Part shown: positions 1-9,638 of the stretch, piece after piece
Numbering within the stretch: position 1 is the first letter of the stretch
How the letters are laid out: the number at the start of each line of letters is the position of its first letter
Assembly (NCBI GenBank): GCA_049970495.1
Contig: JBMFMV010000003.1
Span: forward strand, 1-64,000
Direction: 5' to 3'
Length of the DNA: 64,000 bases
DNA from: a bacterium
GTDB lineage: Bacteria; DUMJ01
Made by a program: the position numbers and the translations under genes
The notes under the pieces: generated by a model
What the model was told of the DNA's origin: nothing
Database searches by the model: none
Seen by the model: only the letters and a program-made list of their open reading frames with translations

Positions 1-1590
1 ATACTACCTAATTTAGCTGAGAGCTGGAAGATAAGTGGTGGCGGAAGGATTTATACAATTTATCTGAGAAAAGGAGTAAAATGGTCTGATGGAATACCAT
101 TTACTGCGGATGATATTATATTTTGGTATGAGGATATCATATGTAACAAGGAACTTACACCAATATTTCCTACTTGGCTCTCTATTGGAGGGGTTCCTGG
201 TAAGGTAGAGAAAATAGATACTTATACAGTAAAGATTTCATTTAGTAAGCCTAATCCGCTCTTTTTAGAGGATATGGCTAACCCATCTTACGGAGAGATC
301 TTTGCCCCTAAGCATTATCTTGCGCAATTTCATCCCAAATATACAGACAGAATTAAGTTAGAAGAGATGGCAAAGAAAGCTGGTTTTAGCTTTTGGTATC
401 AACTTTTTTCAGATAGGAATGATAGATGGGCAAACCCAGAAAGACCTGTTTTGAGTGCTTGGAAGCCTGTTAACTCAATTACTGGGGCTACCAGAGTAGT
501 GTGGGATCGTAATCCTTATTATTGGAAAATAGATACTGAAGGGAATCAGTTGCCTTATATAGATAGATTTACTATAGAGATAGGAGTAAGCGAAGAAACA
601 GCTAAAATGAAAGCTATAAGTGGAGAGGTTGATATGGAGAGCCATCCTATAGGGATAGATTTTAAAGATTATCCATTATACCTAGAACATAAGGATAGAG
701 GAAACTATAGAGTTATATTGGGCTCTCCATTAGAAGCTAATGCTATAACGATAGTTTTCAATTATGTGCATCCTGATCCTGTATTACGAAAGATATTTAA
801 TGATAAAAGATTCCGTATTGCTATATCCTATGCTATTAATAGAGACGAAATTGTAGGGCTTTTATTTTCAGCTGGAAACTATAAAGCAGAAGTTAGACAG
901 GTAGCTCCTGTAAAAGAATCTCCTTTCTATAGTGAAGAATTAGCTAAAGCTTATACAAAATATGAGCCTAAAGAGGCAAATAGGCTTTTGGATGATATGG
1001 GATTAAAGAGAGGACCAGATGGCTATAGATTGAGGCCAGATGGTAAGCCATTAGTTATAACGATAGAAACGGCAACTATACAATGGTGGATTGATACGGC
1101 TAACTTGGTAGCAGAGTATTGGAAGAAAGTAGGTATAAATACAGCAGTAAAAGCTGAAGATTCTACTTTATTGGGAGTAAGAAGAAGAGGCGCTTTGTAT
1201 GATGTAACTCTCTTCGCTGGAGCTCAGGGTTTGGGAACGCTTACTAAATCACAGTTAGATACTTATACGCTTAAAGGATTACCAGAGATAGCAAGTAGAT
1301 GGCAGAGTAAAGAGCTACAGAAGGAAATACCTCCAAAGATTAGGCATCTTATAGCATTAGGAGATCAAGTTGTTGTAGAGCCAAATTCTAAGAGAAGGGA
1401 AAGTCTAGTTTGGGAGATTCTTAATGTCCATAAAGAGGAGCTTTACTACATAGGTATATGTGAGAGATTGCCAAAAATTTGGATAGTTAAGAATACTTTC
1501 CGAAACGTTCCTACTACTATTCCTACCACAGACGAACTTGGTGCTACAGGTGGGGTTCTTAATGCCTGCCAATTTTATATAGAACAGTAG
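1..1590 (+). CDS. ABC transporter substrate-binding protein, family 5 (5'-truncated by window edge)
   Basis: Frame 1 is open from base 1 (ILPNLAESWK...LRKGVKWSDGIPFTADD) and continues into the 274..1590 ORF; RNPYYWKIDTEGNQLPYID motif; paralog of the SBPs at 3168 and 35221. Confidence 0.92.
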   Translation: MLPNLAESWKISGGGRIYTIYLRKGVKWSDGIPFTADDIIFWYEDIICNKELTPIFPTWLSIGGVPGKVEKIDTYTVKISFSKPNPLFLEDMANPSYGEIFAPKHYLAQFHPKYTDRIKLEEMAKKAGFSFWYQLFSDRNDRWANPERPVLSAWKPVNSITGATRVVWDRNPYYWKIDTEGNQLPYIDRFTIEIGVSEETAKMKAISGEVDMESHPIGIDFKDYPLYLEHKDRGNYRVILGSPLEANAITIVFNYVHPDPVLRKIFNDKRFRIAISYAINRDEIVGLLFSAGNYKAEVRQVAPVKESPFYSEELAKAYTKYEPKEANRLLDDMGLKRGPDGYRLRPDGKPLVITIETATIQWWIDTANLVAEYWKKVGINTAVKAEDSTLLGVRRRGALYDVTLFAGAQGLGTLTKSQLDTYTLKGLPEIASRWQSKELQKEIPPKIRHLIALGDQVVVEPNSKRRESLVWEILNVHKEELYYIGICERLPKIWIVKNTFRNVPTTIPTTDELGATGGVLNACQFYIEQ

Positions 1591-1605
1591 CATATAATTT
1601 TTTAC

Positions 1606-1637
1606 TCCAGGAGAAGGTTAACTATCCTTCCCCTGGA
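1606..1637 (+). terminator. Stem-loop after SBP gene (terminator or mRNA stabiliser)
   Basis: TCCAGGAGAAGG / CCTTCCCCTGGA, 12 bp stem with 1 mismatch; weak U-tract. Confidence 0.55.
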
Positions 1638-1664
1638 ATTACGTAGAAAGGAGGAAATTAAGGG

Positions 1665-3077
1665 ATGTCTAATAATTTACCAAATATCCTATTGATTTTT
1701 GCAGATCAGATGAGAGGGATGGATATAGGATGCGCTGGGAATCCAGATGTAATTACACCTAATATAGATCAGCTGGCGGAAGAAGGGATGTATTTTCCTA
1801 AGTCTTATGCTAATAGTCCTGTCTGTACTCCTAGCAGAGGAAGTTTGTTAACAGGATTGTATCCACTATCACATCTAGCTATCACTAATGATTTACCTAT
1901 AGCCACAAACATACCAAGTATAGGGAAGATACTAAAGGGAGTTGGATATCATACCGCATATATAGGTAAATGGCATTTGGATGGTGTGCCAAGAGATAAA
2001 TTTACTCCACCTGGTCCTAGAAGACTCGGATTTGATGATTTTTGGGCAGTATGGAATTGCTCTCATGACTACCTTAATGCGTATTATTATAAAGATATAC
2101 CAGAGGCTATTCCCATTAAAGGATATGAACCCATAGGACAGACAGATCTAGCTATAGAATTTATAGAAGAATCACTTAGAAAGAAAAGTTTACCTTTCTT
2201 TTTGACTTTATCTTGGGGTCCTCCTCACGATCCTTACTGGATGGTACCTGAAGAGTATAAGACAAAATATAACCCGGACAAAATAACTCTAAGACCAAAT
2301 ACAAAGATAGACTTTAGAAGACTTTTAAGTCCTAAAGATGCTGAGCTTTCTCCAAAAGAGACAGTAGCCAATTACTATGCGGCAATTACTGCATTAGATG
2401 AGCAATTAGGAAGAATTTTAGATTTTCTAGATGATAGTAGACTGAGTGAGGATACTATAGTCATATTTACCTCAGATCATGGGGATATGTTATGGTCACA
2501 GGGAATGATGAAGAAGGAACAGCCATTTGAGGAGAGTATAAATATCCCGTTTATTATAAGGTGGAAAGGGCATATTCCGGCAGGGAAAAGAAGCGATACT
2601 TTGCTAAGTATAATAGATATTGTGCCGTCAATACTAGGACTTTTAGGGATTAAAGCCCCTGAAAAGATGGAAGGAGCTGATCTTTCTAGAGTAATGCTAG
2701 GTGGAGAAGATAAGATTCCAAATTCTGTATTCTTACAAGAGATAGTTCCAGTAGACGAAGGATATGCACAAGGAATTAAAGAATGGCGGGGAATAAGGAC
2801 GGTAAGATATACCTACGCTTGTTGGCAGAGTAAAGAAGGGTGGATTCTATACGATAATAAATCAGATCCATATCAGATGGAGAATTTGATAAATAATCCG
2901 AAGTATAAATCTGTCAGAGAAGAGATGGAGAGAATACTTCAGTGTTGGTTAAAGCGTACTAATGATCCGTTTTTAAAGTGGGATGAACATATAAAGGGAC
3001 TAAATTTAGTAGAACTTTGGAATAAAAGAGAACTTTATATGCATCCAAATAATCCTAGATTAATTGATATGACTTAG
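1665..3077 (+). CDS. Sulfatase (Cys-type, formylglycine-dependent)
   Basis: ADQMR, CTPSRGSLLTG, GKWHL, TSDHG motifs; SD GGAGG; no obvious signal peptide. Confidence 0.93.
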   Translation: MSNNLPNILLIFADQMRGMDIGCAGNPDVITPNIDQLAEEGMYFPKSYANSPVCTPSRGSLLTGLYPLSHLAITNDLPIATNIPSIGKILKGVGYHTAYIGKWHLDGVPRDKFTPPGPRRLGFDDFWAVWNCSHDYLNAYYYKDIPEAIPIKGYEPIGQTDLAIEFIEESLRKKSLPFFLTLSWGPPHDPYWMVPEEYKTKYNPDKITLRPNTKIDFRRLLSPKDAELSPKETVANYYAAITALDEQLGRILDFLDDSRLSEDTIVIFTSDHGDMLWSQGMMKKEQPFEESINIPFIIRWKGHIPAGKRSDTLLSIIDIVPSILGLLGIKAPEKMEGADLSRVMLGGEDKIPNSVFLQEIVPVDEGYAQGIKEWRGIRTVRYTYACWQSKEGWILYDNKSDPYQMENLINNPKYKSVREEMERILQCWLKRTNDPFLKWDEHIKGLNLVELWNKRELYMHPNNPRLIDMT

Positions 3078-3167
3078 AAGATTGCATATAATCTGATAGG
3101 GAAAGATAGTTAATAATTCAACTAGTATGATAAATTTAGAAAATTAATAAGAAGGAGGTTGATTGAA

Positions 3168-5159
3168 GTGAAGTTAGTAAAAGTACTAGTGTTAATTTTA
3201 ATTTGTGTAAGTCTAGTTTTAAGTTCAACTTCTTTTATCCTGGCTAAGGAAATAAGCTATCCAAAGCAGTATAATAGTCCTGCTGAGTACGAAAAATTAA
3301 CTGGTAAAAAGATTGCCAAGCTCAATGAAGCACCTATGTTAGCCGAATTAGTGAAACAGGGTAAACTACCACCAGTTACTAAGAGACTACCAAGTGAACC
3401 TCTAGTTATAGAACCTACAGAAGAGATTGGGCAATATGGAGGAACAGTGAGGATTATCCATACTAATCCTCAAAACTTTGAGGATGGGGTAAATATAGTG
3501 GGTAAAGAGTCTATATTAACATTCGATCCCAAAGATGGATCGACTATCCTTCCTAACTTAGCAAAATCCTGGATATTTTCCAAAGATGGTAAGACACTTA
3601 TATTAGAGCTAAGAAAAGGAGTAAAATGGTCTGATGGTCAACCTTTTACTGCAGATGACATAGAATTCTGGTGGAAAGATGTAATATTAAATAATGACCT
3701 TACTCCATCTAAGCCAAAGGTATGGGCTCCTGGTGGAAAGCTGATGAAGCTAGAGAAGTTAGGTCCCTATAGTATTCGGCTACAATTTGCAATATCTTAT
3801 CCGGCGGCATTAATACAGATGGCTGCATGGGCTACTGAAGGAGGTTTTTATCTTCCAAAACATTATCTAAAGCAATTTCATATTAAGTACAATCCTCAGG
3901 CTAATGAATTAGCTAAGAAGGAAGGATTTAACTCTTGGATACAGCTCTTTCAGTCAAAGTCAGCAATAGGTTATTTTGACGGAATACAGAATCCTGAGGC
4001 ACCGGTAATCCGTGCCTTTAAAATAGTAAGTAGGACACCAGAGGTAACGATCTTAGAGAGAAATCCCTACTATTGGAAGATAGATACAGCAGGTAACCAA
4101 CTCCCTTATATTGATAGGGTTAGATTGACCTTAGTTACAAATGTTGAAGTCTATACCGCAAAAGTTGTAAGTGGAGAAGTAGATCTTGCTCAGTGGAATA
4201 CTACCTTAGATAACTATACTCTATATAAAGAAAACGAGAAGAAGGGGGATTATCGTGTAATTAATTATCAAACTGCCTGGCCCTCTGTGGCTGAGATATT
4301 CTTAAATCTAAATCATAAGGACCCTGTAATGCGTAAAATATTCAATGACCTAAGATTCAGAAAGGCTTTATCTTTAGCAATAAATAGAGATGAGATTAAT
4401 CAGATGGTATTCCATGGTATGGCTGAACCATTGCAGACGGTCATATTGCCTAGAGGTGGTAGATTTTGGGATGAGAGATTAGCAAAACTTTATACTGAAT
4501 ATGATCCAAAAGAGGCGAATAGACTTTTAGATGAAATGGGTCTAGACAAGAAGGATAAAGATGGCTTCAGACTGAGACCTGATGGTAAGCCGTTGCAGAT
4601 TACTATAGACTACTGGCCAGGTGAAGCTGGACCTGCAAAGGTATCTATAGTTGAGCTAGTACAAACTTACTGGAGTAGGGTAGGAGTTAAAACTACGTCA
4701 AGACAACTTGAAAGAAGTTTACTCCAAGTAAGACGCCAGGCAGGAGATTTTGATGCTACTATCTGGCATACTGGACAATGTTCGGATCCTTTATGGATAT
4801 TAAATCCTTGGCATTTTGTTCCAAATTCTTGGGAATTTTCTACTGGACCTCAATGGGCTGTTTGGTATACTACATGGGGTAAATCTGGAGAGGAACCACC
4901 CGAAGAAGTAAAGAGAGCACTTAAACTCTGGGAGACTGTACAAACTTCTCTGGATGAGAAGAAACAGATTGAAGCTGGAAAAGAGATGTTAAGACTTTTT
5001 GTAGAAAATCTATGGGGAATTGGTACAGTAGGTTTACAGCCTTGGCCGGTAATAGCTAAGAATAATTTGAGAAATATACCTGAGGGTGGACTACTTGCTT
5101 GGGACTGGGTGTATCTTGCTAGATATAGGCCAGAACAGTTCTTCTTAAAACAGAAGTAA
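3168..5159 (+). CDS. ABC transporter substrate-binding protein, family 5 (oligosaccharide/peptide type)
   Basis: N-terminal signal peptide; EAPMLAELVKQGKLPPV and RNPYYWKIDTAGNQLPYID; GTG start chosen from SD AAGGAGG (ORF track start 3159). Confidence 0.93.
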   Translation: MKLVKVLVLILICVSLVLSSTSFILAKEISYPKQYNSPAEYEKLTGKKIAKLNEAPMLAELVKQGKLPPVTKRLPSEPLVIEPTEEIGQYGGTVRIIHTNPQNFEDGVNIVGKESILTFDPKDGSTILPNLAKSWIFSKDGKTLILELRKGVKWSDGQPFTADDIEFWWKDVILNNDLTPSKPKVWAPGGKLMKLEKLGPYSIRLQFAISYPAALIQMAAWATEGGFYLPKHYLKQFHIKYNPQANELAKKEGFNSWIQLFQSKSAIGYFDGIQNPEAPVIRAFKIVSRTPEVTILERNPYYWKIDTAGNQLPYIDRVRLTLVTNVEVYTAKVVSGEVDLAQWNTTLDNYTLYKENEKKGDYRVINYQTAWPSVAEIFLNLNHKDPVMRKIFNDLRFRKALSLAINRDEINQMVFHGMAEPLQTVILPRGGRFWDERLAKLYTEYDPKEANRLLDEMGLDKKDKDGFRLRPDGKPLQITIDYWPGEAGPAKVSIVELVQTYWSRVGVKTTSRQLERSLLQVRRQAGDFDATIWHTGQCSDPLWILNPWHFVPNSWEFSTGPQWAVWYTTWGKSGEEPPEEVKRALKLWETVQTSLDEKKQIEAGKEMLRLFVENLWGIGTVGLQPWPVIAKNNLRNIPEGGLLAWDWVYLARYRPEQFFLKQK

Positions 5160-5167
5160 AAAATTGT

Positions 5168-5214
5168 AATAAAGGGGGATGGAGGAATAATGTATTCTTC
5201 TATCCCCCTTTATT
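5168..5214 (+). terminator. Long stem-loop after SBP gene
   Basis: AATAAAGGGGGATGGAGGAATA-ATG-TATTCTTCTATCCCCCTTTATT, 22 bp stem with G-U pairs. Confidence 0.7.
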
Positions 5215-5232
5215 TTGAAAGGAGGCGTATTT

Positions 5233-6666
5233 GTGGTGAATGTAATAGTAATTGTGTCTGATACATTTAGACGTGATTTCTTAGGTTGTTATGGGAATAG
5301 TTGGATCCATACAGAAAATATAGATAAGTTTGCCAAAGATGCAATTGTGTTTGATAATGCTTATGCTGCTTCTTTCCCAACGGTACCAAATAGACTCGAC
5401 CTATTTACAGGAAAGTTTACCTTTACCTATAGGGATTGGGCGCCTCTTCCACAAGATGAAGTTGTGATATCTGAGGTCTTAAACAGGGCAGGATATATTA
5501 CTATGCTTATAGCTGATACCCCACATATATTAAAAGATGGGTATAATTTTCAAAGAGGATTTTATGGTTGGCAATGGATAAGGGGGCAGGAAAATGATAG
5601 GTATATCACTGATCCTATAGATATAAAATTTCCCTGTGACCCTAAAAAATTGAGAAATCCATATGATGCGGTAGTCCACTATCTGAGAAATACATATTAT
5701 AGAAGATATGAATCTGATTATTTCGTAGCTCAGACAATGGAAACAGCTATAAAATGGCTTGAGAAGAATTATAAACATGAGAAATTTTTCTTATATGTAG
5801 ATACATTTGATCCTCATGAGCCTTGGGATCCACCGCAGTATTATGTAGATATGTATGATCCAGGATATGAAGGGGAAGAAGTTATATATCCGAGATATGG
5901 CCCTGCAGATTATCTTACCCAAGAAGAATTAAAACATATGAGAGCTCTATATGCAGGGGAAGTAACATTAGTAGATAGATGGATTGGTAGATTACTCTCT
6001 AAGATAGAAGATCTAGGTTTATTTGACAATACAGTAGTAATATTTACTACTGACCATGGATTTTACCATGGTGAACATAACCTTACAGGTAAGAGTATTA
6101 TATTAGAAGAGAAAAACTATCATGGACTGGCTCCTCTATATGAAGAAGTAGCCCATATACCCCTAATAGTTAAATTACCAAATGCCAAGGGTGGTTGGAG
6201 ATGTAAAGCATTTGTTCAACCACCTGATATAATGCCAACAATCCTAGATATATTAGGTATAGAAGACCCTGGCACTACTCATGGTAAGAGCTTTCTGCCG
6301 GTTATAGAGGGTGAGGTTAAGTCTATAAGAGATTTTGCTGTAACTTCTCCTGCTATTATATATGGTCCTATAGCGGGTCAGAGAATTACTGTGACTACAG
6401 ATGAGTGGCGACTTATATATGCTGGAGACCCTGAGGCTATTAAAGAACCCTCATTCACAAGTATAGTGGATGGAATTCAGAGAGAACAGCATCCATTAGG
6501 CGAAGTCAAATCTGAGTTATATTACATAAAAGAGGACTCCAAAGAAAGGCTAAATCTTATAGATGAACGCAAGGATATAGCGATTGAAATTCATAAAAAA
6601 CTCTTTGAATTCCTTAGGTCTATCGGGACTCAGGAGAAATATTTAAGATTTTGGAATAAAATATAA
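5233..6666 (+). CDS. Sulfatase-like hydrolase with Thr at the catalytic position (TVPNR)
   Basis: SDTFRRD, FPTVPNRLDLFTG, DPHEPWDPP, TTDHG; start placed at GTG after SD GGAGG. Confidence 0.88.
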   Translation: MVNVIVIVSDTFRRDFLGCYGNSWIHTENIDKFAKDAIVFDNAYAASFPTVPNRLDLFTGKFTFTYRDWAPLPQDEVVISEVLNRAGYITMLIADTPHILKDGYNFQRGFYGWQWIRGQENDRYITDPIDIKFPCDPKKLRNPYDAVVHYLRNTYYRRYESDYFVAQTMETAIKWLEKNYKHEKFFLYVDTFDPHEPWDPPQYYVDMYDPGYEGEEVIYPRYGPADYLTQEELKHMRALYAGEVTLVDRWIGRLLSKIEDLGLFDNTVVIFTTDHGFYHGEHNLTGKSIILEEKNYHGLAPLYEEVAHIPLIVKLPNAKGGWRCKAFVQPPDIMPTILDILGIEDPGTTHGKSFLPVIEGEVKSIRDFAVTSPAIIYGPIAGQRITVTTDEWRLIYAGDPEAIKEPSFTSIVDGIQREQHPLGEVKSELYYIKEDSKERLNLIDERKDIAIEIHKKLFEFLRSIGTQEKYLRFWNKI

Positions 6667-6685
6667 CTCTAAAGGAGGAACTACT

Positions 6686-8005
6686 GTGGCTGAGGAAAAG
6701 TCTAATGTTTTGATATTTTTTACCGATCAACAGAGGTGGGATACGGTAGGTGTATATGGAAGTCCCTTAAATCTGACACCCAATCTAGATGCTGTAGCTA
6801 AAGAAGGTACTATATTTAGTTTTGCCTTTACCAATCAGCCAGTATGTGCACCTGCTAGAGGTTGTATCTTTACAGGACAGTATGCAACTACACATAAGGT
6901 TTGGAGGAATGGGTTAGGACTTAAAGTAGAGGATAATACTCTAGCTTATTGCTTTAAGAAGGCTGGGTATAAGGTTGGCTATATTGGCAAGTGGCATTTA
7001 TCTCCTGATGAGATAGGATACGGGTATGTTCCTCCGGAATATAGGGCAGGTTTCGAAGATTACTGGGAAGCAGCAAATCTTCTAGAATTCACATCGCATC
7101 CTTACGATACAAATCTCTATGATAAAAATGGTAATCTCATACATATCGATGGTTATAGAGTAGATGCATTGACTGAAAGAGTTATAGACTTTATTGAACA
7201 GTCAAATGACCCCTTCTTCTTAGTGGTTTCATATTTAGAACCACATCATCAGAATGATATGAATAGGTTTGTTGCCCCAGAAGGATATAGAGAAAGGTAT
7301 CTCAATTCTTTTGTTCCGTATGATTTAAGACATTTTCCTGGAGATTGGCAAGAACAGTTACCGGATTACTACGGCTGTATAGCTAGGCTAGATGAGTGTT
7401 TTGGAAAGATAGTCAATACTCTTAAAGCTAAAGGTATATTTGATAATACCATTATAGTTTTTCTCTCAGACCATGGTTGTCACTTTAGAACGAGGAATAC
7501 CGAGTATAAACGTAGTTGTCATGAATCATCCATTAGGATTCCTCTTATTATCCATGGCCCTGGTTTTAATAGATCTTTAACAATTCCAGAGTTAGTGAGC
7601 TTAGTTGATGTTGCCCCTACGCTTTTAGATGCAGTAGGAATCTCTATCCCTAAAAGTATGCAGGGTAAGAGTGTAATGCCGCTTGTTAATAGAAATATTA
7701 AAGGCTGGAAAAATGAGGTCTTTATTCAGATTAGCGAATCTTGTGTCGCTAGGGCTATAAGGACTGAGAGATGGAAGTATTGTGTAATAGCGGAAGATAA
7801 GGATGGTTGGCTAGATTCTAAGAGTAATACCTATGTAGAATATCAACTATATGATCTCTATGCCGATCCTTACGAGCTTATCAATCTTGCAGGAAGAAGA
7901 GAATATAGGGATGTTGCTGACGAGTTAAAAGGAAGACTATTAGATAGGATAGAAGAGATAGAAGGAGAAAAGCCAAATATCTTAAATAGCAAGTTCTATC
8001 CATAA
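6686..8005 (+). CDS. Sulfatase (Cys-type)
   Basis: TDQQRWD, CAPARGCIFTG, GKWHL, LSDHG. Confidence 0.93.
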   Translation: MAEEKSNVLIFFTDQQRWDTVGVYGSPLNLTPNLDAVAKEGTIFSFAFTNQPVCAPARGCIFTGQYATTHKVWRNGLGLKVEDNTLAYCFKKAGYKVGYIGKWHLSPDEIGYGYVPPEYRAGFEDYWEAANLLEFTSHPYDTNLYDKNGNLIHIDGYRVDALTERVIDFIEQSNDPFFLVVSYLEPHHQNDMNRFVAPEGYRERYLNSFVPYDLRHFPGDWQEQLPDYYGCIARLDECFGKIVNTLKAKGIFDNTIIVFLSDHGCHFRTRNTEYKRSCHESSIRIPLIIHGPGFNRSLTIPELVSLVDVAPTLLDAVGISIPKSMQGKSVMPLVNRNIKGWKNEVFIQISESCVARAIRTERWKYCVIAEDKDGWLDSKSNTYVEYQLYDLYADPYELINLAGRREYRDVADELKGRLLDRIEEIEGEKPNILNSKFYP

Positions 8006-8028
8006 TGTAAAGAAAGGAGATGATTTAG

Positions 8029-9402
8029 ATGAATCTTATATTTATAATGCTTGATAGTTTTAGACAGGACCATATAAGTTTATACAATGAAGGAAAACCT
8101 GTATTTGATGGAGTTCCACCATGTAAAACTCCAAATCTAGATAGATTTGCCAAGGACAGTGTGGTATTTTACAATGTATACCCAGGGGGATTGCCGACTA
8201 TTCCGGTAAGGACAGAACTGATGACTGGCCAGTTTACTCTTCCTTATAGGCCTTGGCAGCCTCTTACAAAAGAAGACATAACAGTAGCAGAAATTCTTAG
8301 GGAGGAAGGTTATGTATGCGGACTTATATCTGATACATACCACTATAGAGCTCCTGGGATGAACTTTCATAGGGGATTCCATTCTTATAGATGGATAAGA
8401 GGGCAAGAATATGACCCTTACACCTCTTGGAGATCAAGAAGGGATGTGAATGATTATGTAAATGAAAATTATACTACAGAGTGGAGGGCTAGAGTGGAGC
8501 AATTTCTTAGTAATACAGACGATATGGAAGAGGAAGACAAGAGATTCCCCGCTCAGGTTGTCTCTCAAGCCATAGATTGGTTGAAGAAAAGTAGAGACCA
8601 TAAGAAGATATTCTTATGGATAGACTCTTTCGATCCACACGAACCCTGGGACCCTCCAAAAAGGTTTGATAAATATACTGATCCAAATTATAAAGGTCCT
8701 AGATTGATATTACCAATGGGAGGGAAGGCAAGTGATTGGGCAGCTCCAGATGAGATAAGATACATTCAGGGTCTATATGCAGGAGAGGCTGAGTTTGTAG
8801 ATTATTGTTTGGGAGCTCTGTTTGATACACTGGAGGAATTAGGATATTATGAAGATTCCCTTATAGTTATAACTGCTGATCATGGGCATCCTCTCTGTGA
8901 TCATGGAAAGTTTTTAAAGGGTGCAGATAGGATGTATAATGAATTGTTTAAAGTCCCATTTATTATGAGATTCCCTAAAGGTGAGTATGCTGGTAAGAAA
9001 ATTTCTGCGCTTATTCAGTTTCCGGATATTTTACCAACGATATTAGAGATAATTGGGCTTAAGAATAATACGTGTAGTATGCATGGAAAGAGTTTTTTGC
9101 CAGTAATAAAGGGTGATAGAGATAACCATCGTGACACTGTAATTATGGGCTATTATGAAGGAATAGATCGATGCATTAGGGACCTACATTGGAGCTATGT
9201 GCAGAGGCCTGAGGGAGAACCGGATGAACTTTATAATTTAGATGAGGATCCTAAAGAAAAGAATAATCTTATAGATAAATATCCCGAAGAGGCACTTAGG
9301 CTTTCCTCTATGTTTGGTTCTTATTTTAGAAATAGGAGAGCTGGAAAGGTTGTAAAGGGAGTGCAAGGTAAGTATGAGATGAGTTCTAGTAGCGTAGAAT
9401 AG
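8029..9402 (+). CDS. Sulfatase-like hydrolase with Thr at the catalytic position (TIPVR)
   Basis: LDSFRQD, LPTIPVRTELMTG, DPHEPWDPP, TADHG. Confidence 0.88.
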   Translation: MNLIFIMLDSFRQDHISLYNEGKPVFDGVPPCKTPNLDRFAKDSVVFYNVYPGGLPTIPVRTELMTGQFTLPYRPWQPLTKEDITVAEILREEGYVCGLISDTYHYRAPGMNFHRGFHSYRWIRGQEYDPYTSWRSRRDVNDYVNENYTTEWRARVEQFLSNTDDMEEEDKRFPAQVVSQAIDWLKKSRDHKKIFLWIDSFDPHEPWDPPKRFDKYTDPNYKGPRLILPMGGKASDWAAPDEIRYIQGLYAGEAEFVDYCLGALFDTLEELGYYEDSLIVITADHGHPLCDHGKFLKGADRMYNELFKVPFIMRFPKGEYAGKKISALIQFPDILPTILEIIGLKNNTCSMHGKSFLPVIKGDRDNHRDTVIMGYYEGIDRCIRDLHWSYVQRPEGEPDELYNLDEDPKEKNNLIDKYPEEALRLSSMFGSYFRNRRAGKVVKGVQGKYEMSSSSVE

Positions 9403-9638
9403 ATAAGCCTCCTTTTTGGAGAGTAACAAGAAATACCCTTAGATAATAGGGTCTCATATGTTAGCATATAGGACTTATACCCCTTCTAGGGGTAACGAAA
9501 GGTTCCTTTAAAGGGGGGGTATTCTAAGAAATAGCATGAATTATTAGTATACTATTCTTAGTTAGCACTTCTACCAAGAGATTATGGACTATAAAAACGT
9601 TAAGGCAGAAGATGTTTAAAGATAGAAAAAGAGAAAGG

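Noticed and set aside
9470..9525. Group II intron D5/D6 or hammerhead ribozyme remnant
   Set aside because: Superficial AC bulge, GGTTC and GGGGG, but no AGC/CGC triad, GNRA loop or CUGANGA core
9562..9588. Second CIRCE (TTAGCACTT half-site)
   Set aside because: No GAGTGCTAA right arm, and it lies between convergent genes
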